64,000 nucleotides of DNA from Longimicrobiales bacterium (GCA_965226375.1 CBDDCX010000008.1:1056001-1120000), one strand, 5' to 3'; positions 19,783 to 28,797 are shown, counted from the first letter of the stretch. The notes: generated from the letters alone by a model not told the origin. Made by a program: numbers and translations.

Positions 19783-19805
19783 AACAGTAACACGCAACAG
19801 TAACA
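19783..19805. repeat. Direct repeat AACAGTAACA x2, candidate integrase arm-type sites
   Basis: Copies at 19783-19792 and 19796-19805, between tRNA and integrase start. Confidence 0.5.
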
Positions 19806-19818
19806 GGAATCGGTACTC

Positions 19819-20211
19819 ATGCCCAAGATCTACACCCGCGATCAGGGCGGAAATCTCCGCTATTATGCTGACCTCCGAGACATTGGTGGCGGCCAGGTGG
19901 CACTCAAGCCGCCTGGATCATCCCGCGCCACTACCGATGAGATCGAGGCCCACAAGCTCCTCGCCGCCAGAATCGAACATCTCCAGGGCACGGTGCCCGC
20001 AAGTGGCACTGCTCGGCTTAGACCGTTCGTTGACGAATTCATTCGCCAGAACCCCGGCGAGGTCACCGAGCAGTGGCTCCACGACACTGAGCTTCGGTTG
20101 CTCAGGGCCGTGGAATACTTCGGAGCGGATCGTGAACTCGTAAGCATCGAGCCCAAGCACATCCGCGAGTGGCTGAACAAGAAGCTCTCGCATCTCGCCA
20201 ACGGCACCCAG
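19819..20211 (+). pseudogene. Tyrosine integrase, N-terminal fragment
   Basis: MPKIYTR...SIEPKHIREWL...LANGTQ, cut at CAG by IS3; continues as QRHYLHALSGLYRY on - strand from 23607. Confidence 0.8.
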
Positions 20212-20251
20212 CGGAACCTGTCAACGACAATGGGACACTCTACGGGATTAA

Positions 20252-21259
20252 TTAGAGAGCAATGTCCTGTGTGGTGAGGGAAGGGATGGGAGGATTGATG
20301 AAGACGGCCTCCGGGAGCGGTTTGGGATTCGGCACACCTCTGACGAAGCGTTCGGGATGAGCGGCCCATGCTTCGCGGAGCACGGATTTCCTGCCGGCAA
20401 TGACCTGATCGGCGTTCCCGAAGTGGACCTGCTCGGGGGTTAGCATCGAGATGCCGCCATGGCGGTGCTCGGCATTGTACCAGCGGAAGAACGATCGACA
20501 GAACGTCTTGGCTTGGCCCTGATCCCCGAACCGTCCGGGAAACGAGGGATGGTACTTCAAGGTTTTGAACTGAGCCTCGGAAAACGGGTTGTCATCCGAC
20601 ACCTGAGGCCGGCTCAACGAGCGGGTCACGCCGAGGTCAGCGAGAAGTTGAGCGGTGCATTGGCTCGTCATTGGAGCTCCCCGATCCGAGTGCAGGGTCA
20701 GGACCCGGGGCTGGACGCCATGCTTCAGGCAGCTCTGCTGGATCAACCGGCCGGCCAGGGCCGAGTTCTCCCGGTCCGCCACCATCCAGCCCACGACGTA
20801 GCGGCTGTAGATGTCCATGATGACGTAGAGGTAGTAATAGCTCCACTTCTTCGGCCCGAGCAGCCGCGTGATATCCCAGGACCACACCTGGTTCGGCGCC
20901 GTGGCCATCAACTCGGGCTTCTTGTACTCGGGATGGGTGCGCTGCGCCCGGCGTTCCTGAACCGGCACCTCGGAGGCCAGAACACGATACATCGTGCGTT
21001 CGCTGCACAGGTAGACCTCTTCGTCGAGCAGCGTGGCCACCACCTCGGCGGGTGAGCGGTCCACGAACCGCTCCGAACACAGCGTGTCGAAGACCTCGCC
21101 TCGTTCCGTCTCGCTCAATGCCCGGGCGGGCGTCGGGCGGGGCTGCTGTTGCCCGGTTGATGGGCCTCGACGACGGTACAACGTCGATCGGGAGACCTCG
21201 AGGGCCGCGCACGCCGGTTTTACACCGACGTGCTTAGCCAGCTCATCGGCCGCCTTCAA
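20252..21259 (-). CDS. IS3 transposase OrfB (rve/DDE)
   Basis: PNQVWSWDIT, LHSDRG, DNPFSEAQFKTLK. Confidence 0.93.
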   Translation of the reverse strand: MKAADELAKHVGVKPACAALEVSRSTLYRRRGPSTGQQQPRPTPARALSETERGEVFDTLCSERFVDRSPAEVVATLLDEEVYLCSERTMYRVLASEVPVQERRAQRTHPEYKKPELMATAPNQVWSWDITRLLGPKKWSYYYLYVIMDIYSRYVVGWMVADRENSALAGRLIQQSCLKHGVQPRVLTLHSDRGAPMTSQCTAQLLADLGVTRSLSRPQVSDDNPFSEAQFKTLKYHPSFPGRFGDQGQAKTFCRSFFRWYNAEHRHGGISMLTPEQVHFGNADQVIAGRKSVLREAWAAHPERFVRGVPNPKPLPEAVFINPPIPSLTTQDIAL

Positions 21260-21705
21260 GAGTTTGTCCCGTCGTCGAGGCTTATCCCCAGCAGCCCCGC
21301 AACTTTTCCCTGCACGTCGATGATCAGGTGTGCCTTCCTGAGCTCATTCCCGAGCCGTGCGTTTCGCCGCTCCAGCTTGCGTACCTTCTCATCCAGCGGA
21401 TTTCGCTCCGGCTTGCGGCCGCGTTTCTTCGACAGGGCCTTCAGCGACCCGCTATGCGCCGCCTTGCGCCACGTCGTCAGGTGCGACGAGTACAGGCCCT
21501 CTCGCCGCAGGACTTGACCCACCTCGCCGGGCTCGGTGCACCGGTCCGCTTCTTCGACGATCCGCAGCTTGTACGACGGACTGAACCGCCGCCGTAGCGG
21601 CCTATCTACTACCTCCGGGTCCGCAGGAGCTGCCGCGCTTCGCTTGGCCTCCCCGGTTCCAGGGGCACTACCATTCTCTGCCATTCTCTCTCGCAGTCCC
21701 AACAT
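21256..21705 (-). CDS. IS3 transposase OrfA (HTH)
   Basis: RRRFSPSYKLRIVEEAD, LRREGLYSSHLTTWR. Confidence 0.9.
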   Translation of the reverse strand: MLGLRERMAENGSAPGTGEAKRSAAAPADPEVVDRPLRRRFSPSYKLRIVEEADRCTEPGEVGQVLRREGLYSSHLTTWRKAAHSGSLKALSKKRGRKPERNPLDEKVRKLERRNARLGNELRKAHLIIDVQGKVAGLLGISLDDGTNS

Positions 21706-21778
21706 GTTCGTTTTCTCTGCCTTCGCCCTACTCTAATTCTTTGCGTGCTCCGTGTCTCACGTACGTTGGCAGAGAGGG

Positions 21779-21966
21779 AAGGGCTTCCGCAGATCCATGA
21801 TCATTCCCCCCGTTCGGCTGGGAAACGCGAGTTCGTCTTCCGATGAGTCCAACCGCTTCACGTAGGGCCTGAGAATCTCCTCAAGCTGCGGCCATAGCGG
21901 CACGGCCCTTTCACTCCAAACACGCTTGAGCCTTCTGTGCTCGTTGGGCTGAATTCTGACGAGCCC
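21779..21966 (-). pseudogene. Tyrosine integrase, third fragment
   Basis: Manual translation GLVRIQPNEHRRLKRVWSERAVPLWPQLEEILRPY...FPSRTGGMIMDLRKP continues DIDFENGL. Confidence 0.8.
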
Positions 21967-22031
21967 TTTAGCGCCCCCGATTTCTCTGGACAGTAGATTG
22001 GCAAAGACAGCGGGTCCAGAGAGAAAGGGAC

Positions 22032-22394
22032 GTGATGGCCCAGAAGCCGAGGGAGAACAAGGCGACCGCAGGTCGTGAGAAGGTACCCGAGCGGTGGAGT
22101 GCCCAGCAGAAAACGGAGGTGGTGCTGCGCCTGCTACGGGGTGAGGACCTGGTGGAGGTCAGCCGCGAGGTACAGGTCTCACCGCCGGAGCTGGAGGAAT
22201 GGCGGCGGGTGTTCCTGGAGACCGGTCAGCAGGGACTGAGACGCCGGGGCCGAGACCCTGGAGAACGGGAGCTGACCCGGACCCGGGCGAAGCTGGGAGA
22301 GTTGACGATGCGACTGGAGCTTGCGAGAGAACTCCTGGAAAAAAGGGGGTACGGGGACGAGCTGGAGAAGCTCTTGAAGCGCGGACGCGGGTGA
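22032..22394 (+). CDS. IS3-family OrfA
   Basis: RWSAQQKTEVVLRLLRGE HTH followed by coiled coil. Confidence 0.85.
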   Translation: MMAQKPRENKATAGREKVPERWSAQQKTEVVLRLLRGEDLVEVSREVQVSPPELEEWRRVFLETGQQGLRRRGRDPGERELTRTRAKLGELTMRLELARELLEKRGYGDELEKLLKRGRG

Positions 22395-23277
22395 GTCCGG
22401 GGACAGGGCGGCTCTACCCTCTGACGATGATCTGCGAGGTCTGGCGGGTGGGGCGCTCGACGGTCTACGCGGCCCGAGATCGAGAAGAGAGCGACGGGCC
22501 GGCAGGGCTGAAGAAGCGCGGACCGAAGACGAAGCTGAGCGACGAGGAGTTGGTGGAGGAGATCCGACAGGTGCTGAAGGAGAGCGACTTCCTGGGCGAA
22601 GGCCACCGGAAGGTCCGGGCCCGTCTGAGAGCCAAGGGGATCGGTGTGGGCAAGAACCGCGTGCTGCGGCTGATGCGGGAGAATGGGCTGCTGGCCCCCG
22701 TACGGCGCGGAAAGCACCCGCGTGGGGACCGGAGCCACAGCGGCCGGATCACGCGACGGATGTGCCGAACGAGCTGTGGGGTACGGACGCGACGCGGTTC
22801 TACACGAAGGAGGATGGGTGGTGCTGGTTCTTCGTGGCGGTGGATCACTGCATCACAGACGTGGTGGGCTGGCACGTGGCGAAGAAGGGCGATCGGTGGG
22901 CAGCGCTCGAGCCGATCCGCCAGGGTGTACGAACCCACATGGACGGCTACGCGCCCAAGATCGCTCTGGGGCTCGGCCTACGGCACGACTGGGGCCCTCA
23001 GTACACCGCCCATCAGTTCCAAGGAGAGCTGGCCTGGCTCGGGATCCGCTCGACGGCCTCGTACGTAGGAGAGCCGGAGTGCAACGGCGTCGCGGAACGC
23101 TTCATGCGGACGCTGAAGGAAGAGTGCCTGTACCTCCACGACTTCGAGAGCCTCGAGGAGGCCAGGCAGGAGATCGATGCGTTCATCGAACGCTACAACC
23201 GCGGGTGGCTCCTGGAGCGGCACGGGTATCGGACCCCGGCCCAGGTCCGTCAGGAGCTCACCCTGAAGGCGGCATGA
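22391..23277 (+). pseudogene. IS3-family OrfB with internal frameshift
   Basis: GHRKVRARL/RVLRLMRENGL frame switches near 22750-22760 to PNELWGTD...RHDWG...NGVAERFMRTLKEE. Confidence 0.8.
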
Positions 23278-23316
23278 TTAGGCCGCCGACTTGTCCAGGA
23301 AACCGGAACCGGTACA

Positions 23317-23607
23317 GCCCGTTCTCGAAGTCGATGTCGCCCACGAGCAGCCCGAAGACCTCGTTGCGTCTCCCACCAGTGAGCAGATAGGTGGCGATCA
23401 ATTCGTGATGCAGGTCCAACGTTCGAGCAGCATCGAGAAATCCGGCAGCTTCATCAATCTCGAAGAACTCATCCGTGCGTTGGCGTTTCTTGACGATGGA
23501 TGGCTTGCGGTAGAGGCCGCCGACAGGGTTGTACGCCACCGGCACTACCCCAAGCTCCTGGGGCCGTACCTGTAGAGTCCCGAGAGAGCGTGTAGGTAGT
23601 GGCGCTG
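23317..23607 (-). pseudogene. Tyrosine integrase, middle fragment (inverted)
   Basis: QRHYLHALSGLYRY, frameshift near 23560, then QELGVVP...LIATYLLTGGRRNEVFGLLVGDIDFENG with the first catalytic Arg motif. Confidence 0.82.
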
Positions 23608-23637
23608 CCCTCTCTGCCAACGTACGTGAGACACGGA
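23608..23637 (+). repeat. 30-bp tandem duplicate of IS3 left end
   Basis: CCCTCTCTGCCAACGTACGTGAGACACGGA repeated at 23639-23668. Confidence 0.9.
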
Positions 23638-23711
23638 CCCCTCTCTGCCAACGTACGTGAGACACGGAGCACGCAAAGAATTAGAGTAGGGCGAAGGCAG
23701 AGAAAACGAAC

Positions 23712-24161
23712 ATGTTGGGACTGCGAGAGAGAATGGCAGAGAATGGTAGTGCCCCTGGAACCGGGGAGGCCAAGCGAAGCGCGGCAGCTCCTGCGGACCC
23801 GGAGGTAGTAGATAGGCCGCTACGGCGGCGGTTCAGTCCGTCGTACAAGCTGCGGATCGTCGAAGAAGCGGACCGGTGCACCGAGCCCGGCGAGGTGGGT
23901 CAAGTCCTGCGGCGAGAGGGCCTGTACTCGTCGCACCTGACGACGTGGCGCAAGGCGGCGCATAGCGGGTCGCTGAAGGCCCTGTCGAAGAAACGCGGCC
24001 GCAAGCCGGAGCGAAATCCGCTGGATGAGAAGGTACGCAAGCTGGAGCGGCGAAACGCACGGCTCGGGAATGAGCTCAGGAAGGCACACCTGATCATCGA
24101 CGTGCAGGGAAAAGTTGCGGGGCTGCTGGGGATAAGCCTCGACGACGGGACAAACTCTTGA
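23712..24161 (+). CDS. IS3 transposase OrfA
   Basis: Identical translation to 21256-21705. Confidence 0.9.
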   Translation: MLGLRERMAENGSAPGTGEAKRSAAAPADPEVVDRPLRRRFSPSYKLRIVEEADRCTEPGEVGQVLRREGLYSSHLTTWRKAAHSGSLKALSKKRGRKPERNPLDEKVRKLERRNARLGNELRKAHLIIDVQGKVAGLLGISLDDGTNS

Positions 24162-25165
24162 AGGCGGCCGATGAGCTGGCTAAGCACGTCGGTGTAAAAC
24201 CGGCGTGCGCGGCCCTCGAGGTCTCCCGATCGACGTTGTACCGTCGTCGAGGCCCATCAACCGGGCAACAGCAGCCCCGCCCGACGCCCGCCCGGGCATT
24301 GAGCGAGACGGAACGAGGCGAGGTCTTCGACACGCTGTGTTCGGAGCGGTTCGTGGACCGCTCACCCGCCGAGGTGGTGGCCACGCTGCTCGACGAAGAG
24401 GTCTACCTGTGCAGCGAACGCACGATGTATCGTGTTCTGGCCTCCGAGGTGCCGGTTCAGGAACGCCGGGCGCAGCGCACCCATCCCGAGTACAAGAAGC
24501 CCGAGTTGATGGCCACGGCGCCGAACCAGGTGTGGTCCTGGGATATCACGCGGCTGCTCGGGCCGAAGAAGTGGAGCTATTACTACCTCTACGTCATCAT
24601 GGACATCTACAGCCGCTACGTCGTGGGCTGGATGGTGGCGGACCGGGAGAACTCGGCCCTGGCCGGCCGGTTGATCCAGCAGAGCTGCCTGAAGCATGGC
24701 GTCCAGCCCCGGGTCCTGACCCTGCACTCGGATCGGGGAGCTCCAATGACGAGCCAATGCACCGCTCAACTTCTCGCTGACCTCGGCGTGACCCGCTCGT
24801 TGAGCCGGCCTCAGGTGTCGGATGACAACCCGTTTTCCGAGGCTCAGTTCAAAACCTTGAAGTACCATCCCTCGTTTCCCGGACGGTTCGGGGATCAGGG
24901 CCAAGCCAAGACGTTCTGTCGATCGTTCTTCCGCTGGTACAATGCCGAGCACCGCCATGGCGGCATCTCGATGCTAACCCCCGAGCAGGTCCACTTCGGG
25001 AACGCCGATCAGGTCATTGCCGGCAGGAAATCCGTGCTCCGCGAAGCATGGGCCGCTCATCCCGAACGCTTCGTCAGAGGTGTGCCGAATCCCAAACCGC
25101 TCCCGGAGGCCGTCTTCATCAATCCTCCCATCCCTTCCCTCACCACACAGGACATTGCTCTCTAA
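24158..25165 (+). CDS. IS3 transposase OrfB
   Basis: Identical translation to 20252-21259. Confidence 0.93.
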   Translation: MKAADELAKHVGVKPACAALEVSRSTLYRRRGPSTGQQQPRPTPARALSETERGEVFDTLCSERFVDRSPAEVVATLLDEEVYLCSERTMYRVLASEVPVQERRAQRTHPEYKKPELMATAPNQVWSWDITRLLGPKKWSYYYLYVIMDIYSRYVVGWMVADRENSALAGRLIQQSCLKHGVQPRVLTLHSDRGAPMTSQCTAQLLADLGVTRSLSRPQVSDDNPFSEAQFKTLKYHPSFPGRFGDQGQAKTFCRSFFRWYNAEHRHGGISMLTPEQVHFGNADQVIAGRKSVLREAWAAHPERFVRGVPNPKPLPEAVFINPPIPSLTTQDIAL

Positions 25166-25205
25166 TTAATCCCGTAGAGTGTCCCATTGTCGTTGACAGG
25201 TTCCG

Positions 25206-25399
25206 ATGCGTCCCCCGTCTCGATCACGCTGCGCGCGATCACTCGTCCCCCTTGGCCCCGAACCGTCGCCACCGTCATTGCCTGGTGCACGTCGAGTCCC
25301 ACATACTTGGTGTTCCGCTTCATGAGAGCCGCCCTCTGCTGTGGTCCATGGTCGTTTCGCAACTCCACGGTACCCACAGGGGGCGTGCTTTCAAGTTGT
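25206..25399 (-). mobile_element. IS110-family remnant: left non-coding end plus first ~39 codons
   Basis: ATG 25323: MKRNTKYVGLDVHQAMTVATVR...; GLDVH is the first DEDD motif; cut by IS3 copy 2; outer boundary approximate. Confidence 0.75.
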
Positions 25400-26286
25400 G
25401 TTAGAAAGCCACAAATCTGACGCTGGAGCCGCTCCTATCAGATGAATGAGCCCATGACCGAGGACGGACTCCGCAAGCGCTTCAGTTGGTCGCACGCTGT
25501 GGGTGAGATAGCGTTGATCGTGGTCGGCGTGACTATCGCATTGGCTGGAAACTCGTGGTACGAGGGTTACGAGGCGGAGATCGATGAGCACTCGTTGCTG
25601 GAAGAACTCAGCGCTACTCTGAGTGAAGACTTGCAGGGTGTACTGACCGAGCTTGCGACGATACGTCAGGTGAATGAAGACCTACGAGCCGCCGCAGTCC
25701 GACTACAATCAGGCGATCTGCATTCCTCAGACGGAGCCAATCAAGCGGCGATCACCGCCTTGGGCCGATTCGTCGTGGTTACCATTCGCAATGGCCCCTT
25801 CGAAACCCTAAAGGCGCGGGGGCTGGATCTGATCTCGAACCAGGCACTGAGGGTGAGCCTGACCTCCTTGTACGAGGACGAGTTCCCCCGGCTGAAGGAA
25901 AACAGTGAGATCGATCAGCGACTGTCTAGAGAGCGGGTTCTACCTTACCAACTGGACTACTTCAACCTAGACGCTGATCAAAACTGGGTCGTCAAGTCAG
26001 ACTCCCCAGAGGCGAGGGCACGCGGAGCAACGTTGGCTCGTTACCGCTCGGAGACCCTTGTGGACCACTACATCCCTTCCTTCGAAAGGACGATATCGTT
26101 GATGCGCGACACACTCGCCGAGATCGACCGGGAACTCGGAGCTTGAGCGATGTCGGGTGATTTCAGCCGTCTCAAGCCTCCGAGCGGTGGCTTTCTAACA
26201 AGCATTTGCTGCTGGCGGGATCAGCATCTGAGTCGCACACTGCGTGTGCTGCCGGCATCGTAGCCCGCAGCAGAAATGCAGAATCG
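25400..26286 (+). mobile_element. Integron-type gene cassette
   Basis: Starts GTTAGAAAGCCAC, the exact reverse complement of GTGGCTTTCTAAC (26187-26199); one ORF; ends in attC. Confidence 0.8.
25442..26146 (+). CDS. Cassette-borne hypothetical protein (DUF6090-like)
   Basis: N-terminal AVGEIALIVVGVTIAL TM motif, then helical domain with GLDLISNQALR. Confidence 0.65.
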   Translation: MNEPMTEDGLRKRFSWSHAVGEIALIVVGVTIALAGNSWYEGYEAEIDEHSLLEELSATLSEDLQGVLTELATIRQVNEDLRAAAVRLQSGDLHSSDGANQAAITALGRFVVVTIRNGPFETLKARGLDLISNQALRVSLTSLYEDEFPRLKENSEIDQRLSRERVLPYQLDYFNLDADQNWVVKSDSPEARARGATLARYRSETLVDHYIPSFERTISLMRDTLAEIDRELGA

Positions 26287-26292
26287 TTATGC
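26193..26292 (+). other. attC recombination site (100 bp)
   Basis: R'' TTCTAAC, 5-nt spacer, L'' TTTGCTGC vs L' GCAGAAA (one extra base), CCCGC/GCGGG stem with a second bulge, R' GTTATGC. Confidence 0.8.
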
Positions 26293-26333
26293 AGCTTCCT
26301 AATAGTTGCGAGTCGCAGGAAGGGAGAGGTCAC

Positions 26334-27161
26334 ATGGATCGTCGCCTACCATCGGTGGCGCTGGCGTTGTCAGCTGTCCTCACCGCATGCTCTCCCCCCG
26401 CCGTGGATGTTGAAGCAGAGGGCGAGGTGCTCATGCAGCTCAGCCGCGAATGGTCCGATCTCGTAGCGACCGGCGATATGGACGCCATAATGGCCGGTTG
26501 GGCGGAAGACGCAGTGATGATGCCCCCGGGCACTCCTCCTCTTGAGGGGAAGGCCGCCATACGAGCCTACGTTGAGGCCGGACAACAGCTGCCTGGCTTC
26601 GAGATCAGCTGGGAGCCGATGACGGTTCACGTGGCGGCGAGCGGCGATATGGCCTACATGATCGAGCGGAACGTCACCTCGGCCCATGACACGCTCGGGA
26701 ACCCCGTCACGACGCACGGGAAGGTGGTCACTGCCATGCTGGGGGATGGGCACCCCGAGCCCGCCCGTGGGATGGCAAAGAAGATCATCCGGATCTATCC
26801 CGAGGCGGTGCGCACACTGTGCACGCTGACCTGGCTCGATTTGGCGTCCCGGCACACCGCTATGGCCCTGGTCCATCTTCAGGAGTACGTGGACGCGGCC
26901 AAGTCGGGACATCGTGGGCATCTGGCCAGCAAGCAAATTCTCCAGATGGCGCGGGCGGTGACGCACAGAGAGTTCCTCGAGGCCGCGGCGAAGGCATTAG
27001 AAGAACTCGAGGCGGACGATGATGCGGCTCGAGTCCGCGATTGGGCGACGAGTGATGGTGGGGAGGACGCCGTGGTGGACCCCGATGAGTTGGCTACTCA
27101 CTGTATGCGTGCAGCTGTAGGGTCCAACGCTGCCCGAAGGGCGGAGGGCGCTCCGGCCTAA
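26334..27161 (+). pseudogene. Chimeric ORF: truncated NTF2-like/DUF4440 lipoprotein fused to an unrelated helical C-terminus
   Basis: LTAC lipobox, WAEDAVMMPP, GKAAIR, ASGDMAY, HGKVVT, then abrupt change near 26732. Confidence 0.65.
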
Positions 27162-27187
27162 GCTGGCTGCCGGGTGCGCGCAGGGCC

Positions 27188-28321
27188 TCAGCCCTCGGTC
27201 GTCTCCTCGAAGAGCACGAGCACGTGGTCAGGCTGTTCGTCCCAGTCGCGGATGAGCGAAGTCAATACACGGCCTACCTTGGGGGCTCCGCCTTTGGTCT
27301 GGAGTGTCCGGACCTCATGGTGATGCGGCTCGCCCGAGCCCTCTATGAGGGCCTCGATAGAGGCCCCTGACTGTTCGTCGGCCTTCCACAGCGCGGCATA
27401 CTTCATCCCGATCAACTCGTCCTTGTCATATCCGGACAGTCGACAAAAGGCCTCGTTCGCTTCCTGGATCAAGCCTGAGAGATCCACGGTGAGGATCGCG
27501 AGGCCGCTGTGATCCCGGATCGCGTGAAAGCGTGATGCGTCCTCATAGAAGCCCCCGGCCCTCCACGTGTTGGAGACATCCTCGACCGTCCCTTCGACGT
27601 ACGTGACCTCTCCGTCGGGTCCCCGCTGGATTCGAGCCGTAGTGCGTAGCCTGACCCGGCGACCGTCCACACAACGAAGCTGTGTCTCAAAGCCTCGTAC
27701 CATGCCGAACTGGTTCAACTTGGACTTGAACTGGTCCTGGTCCGCGGGATTTACATAGAAATTGATGGCGTAGGACTTCTCGAGGGTGGCGGGATCAGGA
27801 TAGCCGAGAATTCTTACGAGCGCGGGATTCGCATCCAAGAAGCCTCCTTCGGGTGTACAGCGATACACTCCGATGGGCAGGTGATCGAACATCCCGCGAT
27901 GCCTCTCTTCACTCTCGCGTAGAGCCTTGAGGACTTCCACGCGATCGAGGGCGTAGCGGATCGATCGCTCGAGTTCGGCCGGGCCGATTTCTCCCTTCAC
28001 CAAATAGTCGGCCGCCCCAGCCTGCATGGCTTCCATGTCGACTGCGTGGCTACCCCGCCCGGTCAACATGATGACGGGAGATTGGAGCTGGCGCCGCCCG
28101 GCTTCCCTCAAGAGGTCGAGGCCGGTCCGGTCCTCCAGGAAGTAATCCACGATGTAGACGTCGTAGTCGTCCTGGATCAGAGCGTCACGGCCCTCCTCGA
28201 ACGTCGCCACCCAGTCCAACTCGATTTTGGGCCGAGGAATCTGCTGCACCATGGCGCGTGTCACAGCAAAGTCGCCCTGATCGTCATCTACCAGTAGCGC
28301 ACGGATGGTTTCTCGCTCCAA
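27188..28321 (-). CDS. Response regulator REC-PAS-PAS protein
   Basis: LLVDDD, IVDY, MLTG, GAADYLVK; two PAS domains (DANPAL, EANEAFCRLSGY). Confidence 0.85.
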   Translation of the reverse strand: MERETIRALLVDDDQGDFAVTRAMVQQIPRPKIELDWVATFEEGRDALIQDDYDVYIVDYFLEDRTGLDLLREAGRRQLQSPVIMLTGRGSHAVDMEAMQAGAADYLVKGEIGPAELERSIRYALDRVEVLKALRESEERHRGMFDHLPIGVYRCTPEGGFLDANPALVRILGYPDPATLEKSYAINFYVNPADQDQFKSKLNQFGMVRGFETQLRCVDGRRVRLRTTARIQRGPDGEVTYVEGTVEDVSNTWRAGGFYEDASRFHAIRDHSGLAILTVDLSGLIQEANEAFCRLSGYDKDELIGMKYAALWKADEQSGASIEALIEGSGEPHHHEVRTLQTKGGAPKVGRVLTSLIRDWDEQPDHVLVLFEETTEG

Positions 28322-28404
28322 GAGTCCCTCTATCTGCGGTTGGCGTCAGTGTGACAAGAGTCGGTGGCGAGAGCCGTACTCACGTGGAATGATAGGTCTG
28401 TGCC

Positions 28405-28776
28405 CTAGTTCTCGTCCAGCGGTTTTCTGCGGAGCGACTTGCGAGCCGAGCGTTCTTTCTTGATGCGGAGACGGCGTTCATGTGCGCGTCTAGGGACTTT
28501 CGTAGGGACGCGACGCTTTGGGGTTCTGTGCAACGCCGCCAGCTTTCTGCGGAGTGTTCTGAGGGCGGCCTTCTTGTTCCCGTGCTGGCTTCGCAAACTA
28601 CGACCGGTGGCGACAAGGCCACTCGGCACATGAGTGAGGCGCACGCCGCTCTCCGTCACGTTCTGGTGCTGTCCGCCCTTGCCTCCCGACCTGAACGTGT
28701 CGACCCGGCACTGGGCCAGGAGCTCTTCGTCCAATTTCGGGATCGGAACCGGGGTGTCCGAATGGTGTTCAGCCAT
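28405..28776 (-). CDS. Short GGQ release-factor homologue (ArfB-like peptidyl-tRNA hydrolase)
   Basis: FRSGGKGGQHQN, GVRLTHVPSG, RSQHGNK, basic tail. Confidence 0.85.
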   Translation of the reverse strand: MAEHHSDTPVPIPKLDEELLAQCRVDTFRSGGKGGQHQNVTESGVRLTHVPSGLVATGRSLRSQHGNKKAALRTLRRKLAALHRTPKRRVPTKVPRRAHERRLRIKKERSARKSLRRKPLDEN

Positions 28777-28797
28777 CAGCTAGTCTTCGTCAGACTT

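Larger units (their letters stand above)
20212..21778 (-). mobile_element. IS3 family element, copy 1 (1567 bp)
   Basis: Reverse-complement of 23639-25205 (identical translations, same ends); 26-bp imperfect IRs CCCTCTCTGCCAACGTACGTGAGACA / CGGAACCTGTCAACGACAATGGGACA. Confidence 0.92.
21967..23316 (+). mobile_element. Second IS3-family element (1350 bp) nested in the integrase
   Basis: IRs TTTAGCGCCCCCGATTTCTCTGGACA / rc TGTACCGGTTCCGGTTTCCTGGACA; GCCC duplicated at 21963-21966 and 23317-23320. Confidence 0.88.
23639..25205 (+). mobile_element. IS3 family element, copy 2 (1567 bp)
   Basis: Mirror of copy 1; G-GGA-AAA at 24107-24113 would join OrfA to OrfB by -1 frameshift (frame is open). 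Confidence 0.92.

Noticed and set aside
19819..23607. Broken recombinase as the integron integrase IntI
   Set aside because: Looks like a tRNA-targeting phage-type integrase, with no IntI-like sequence visible; the missing C-terminus means IntI cannot be fully excluded
20212..25205. Composite transposon carrying cargo
   Set aside because: Outer flanks (CAG vs ATG) are not duplicated, and the interior is the resident integrase inverted
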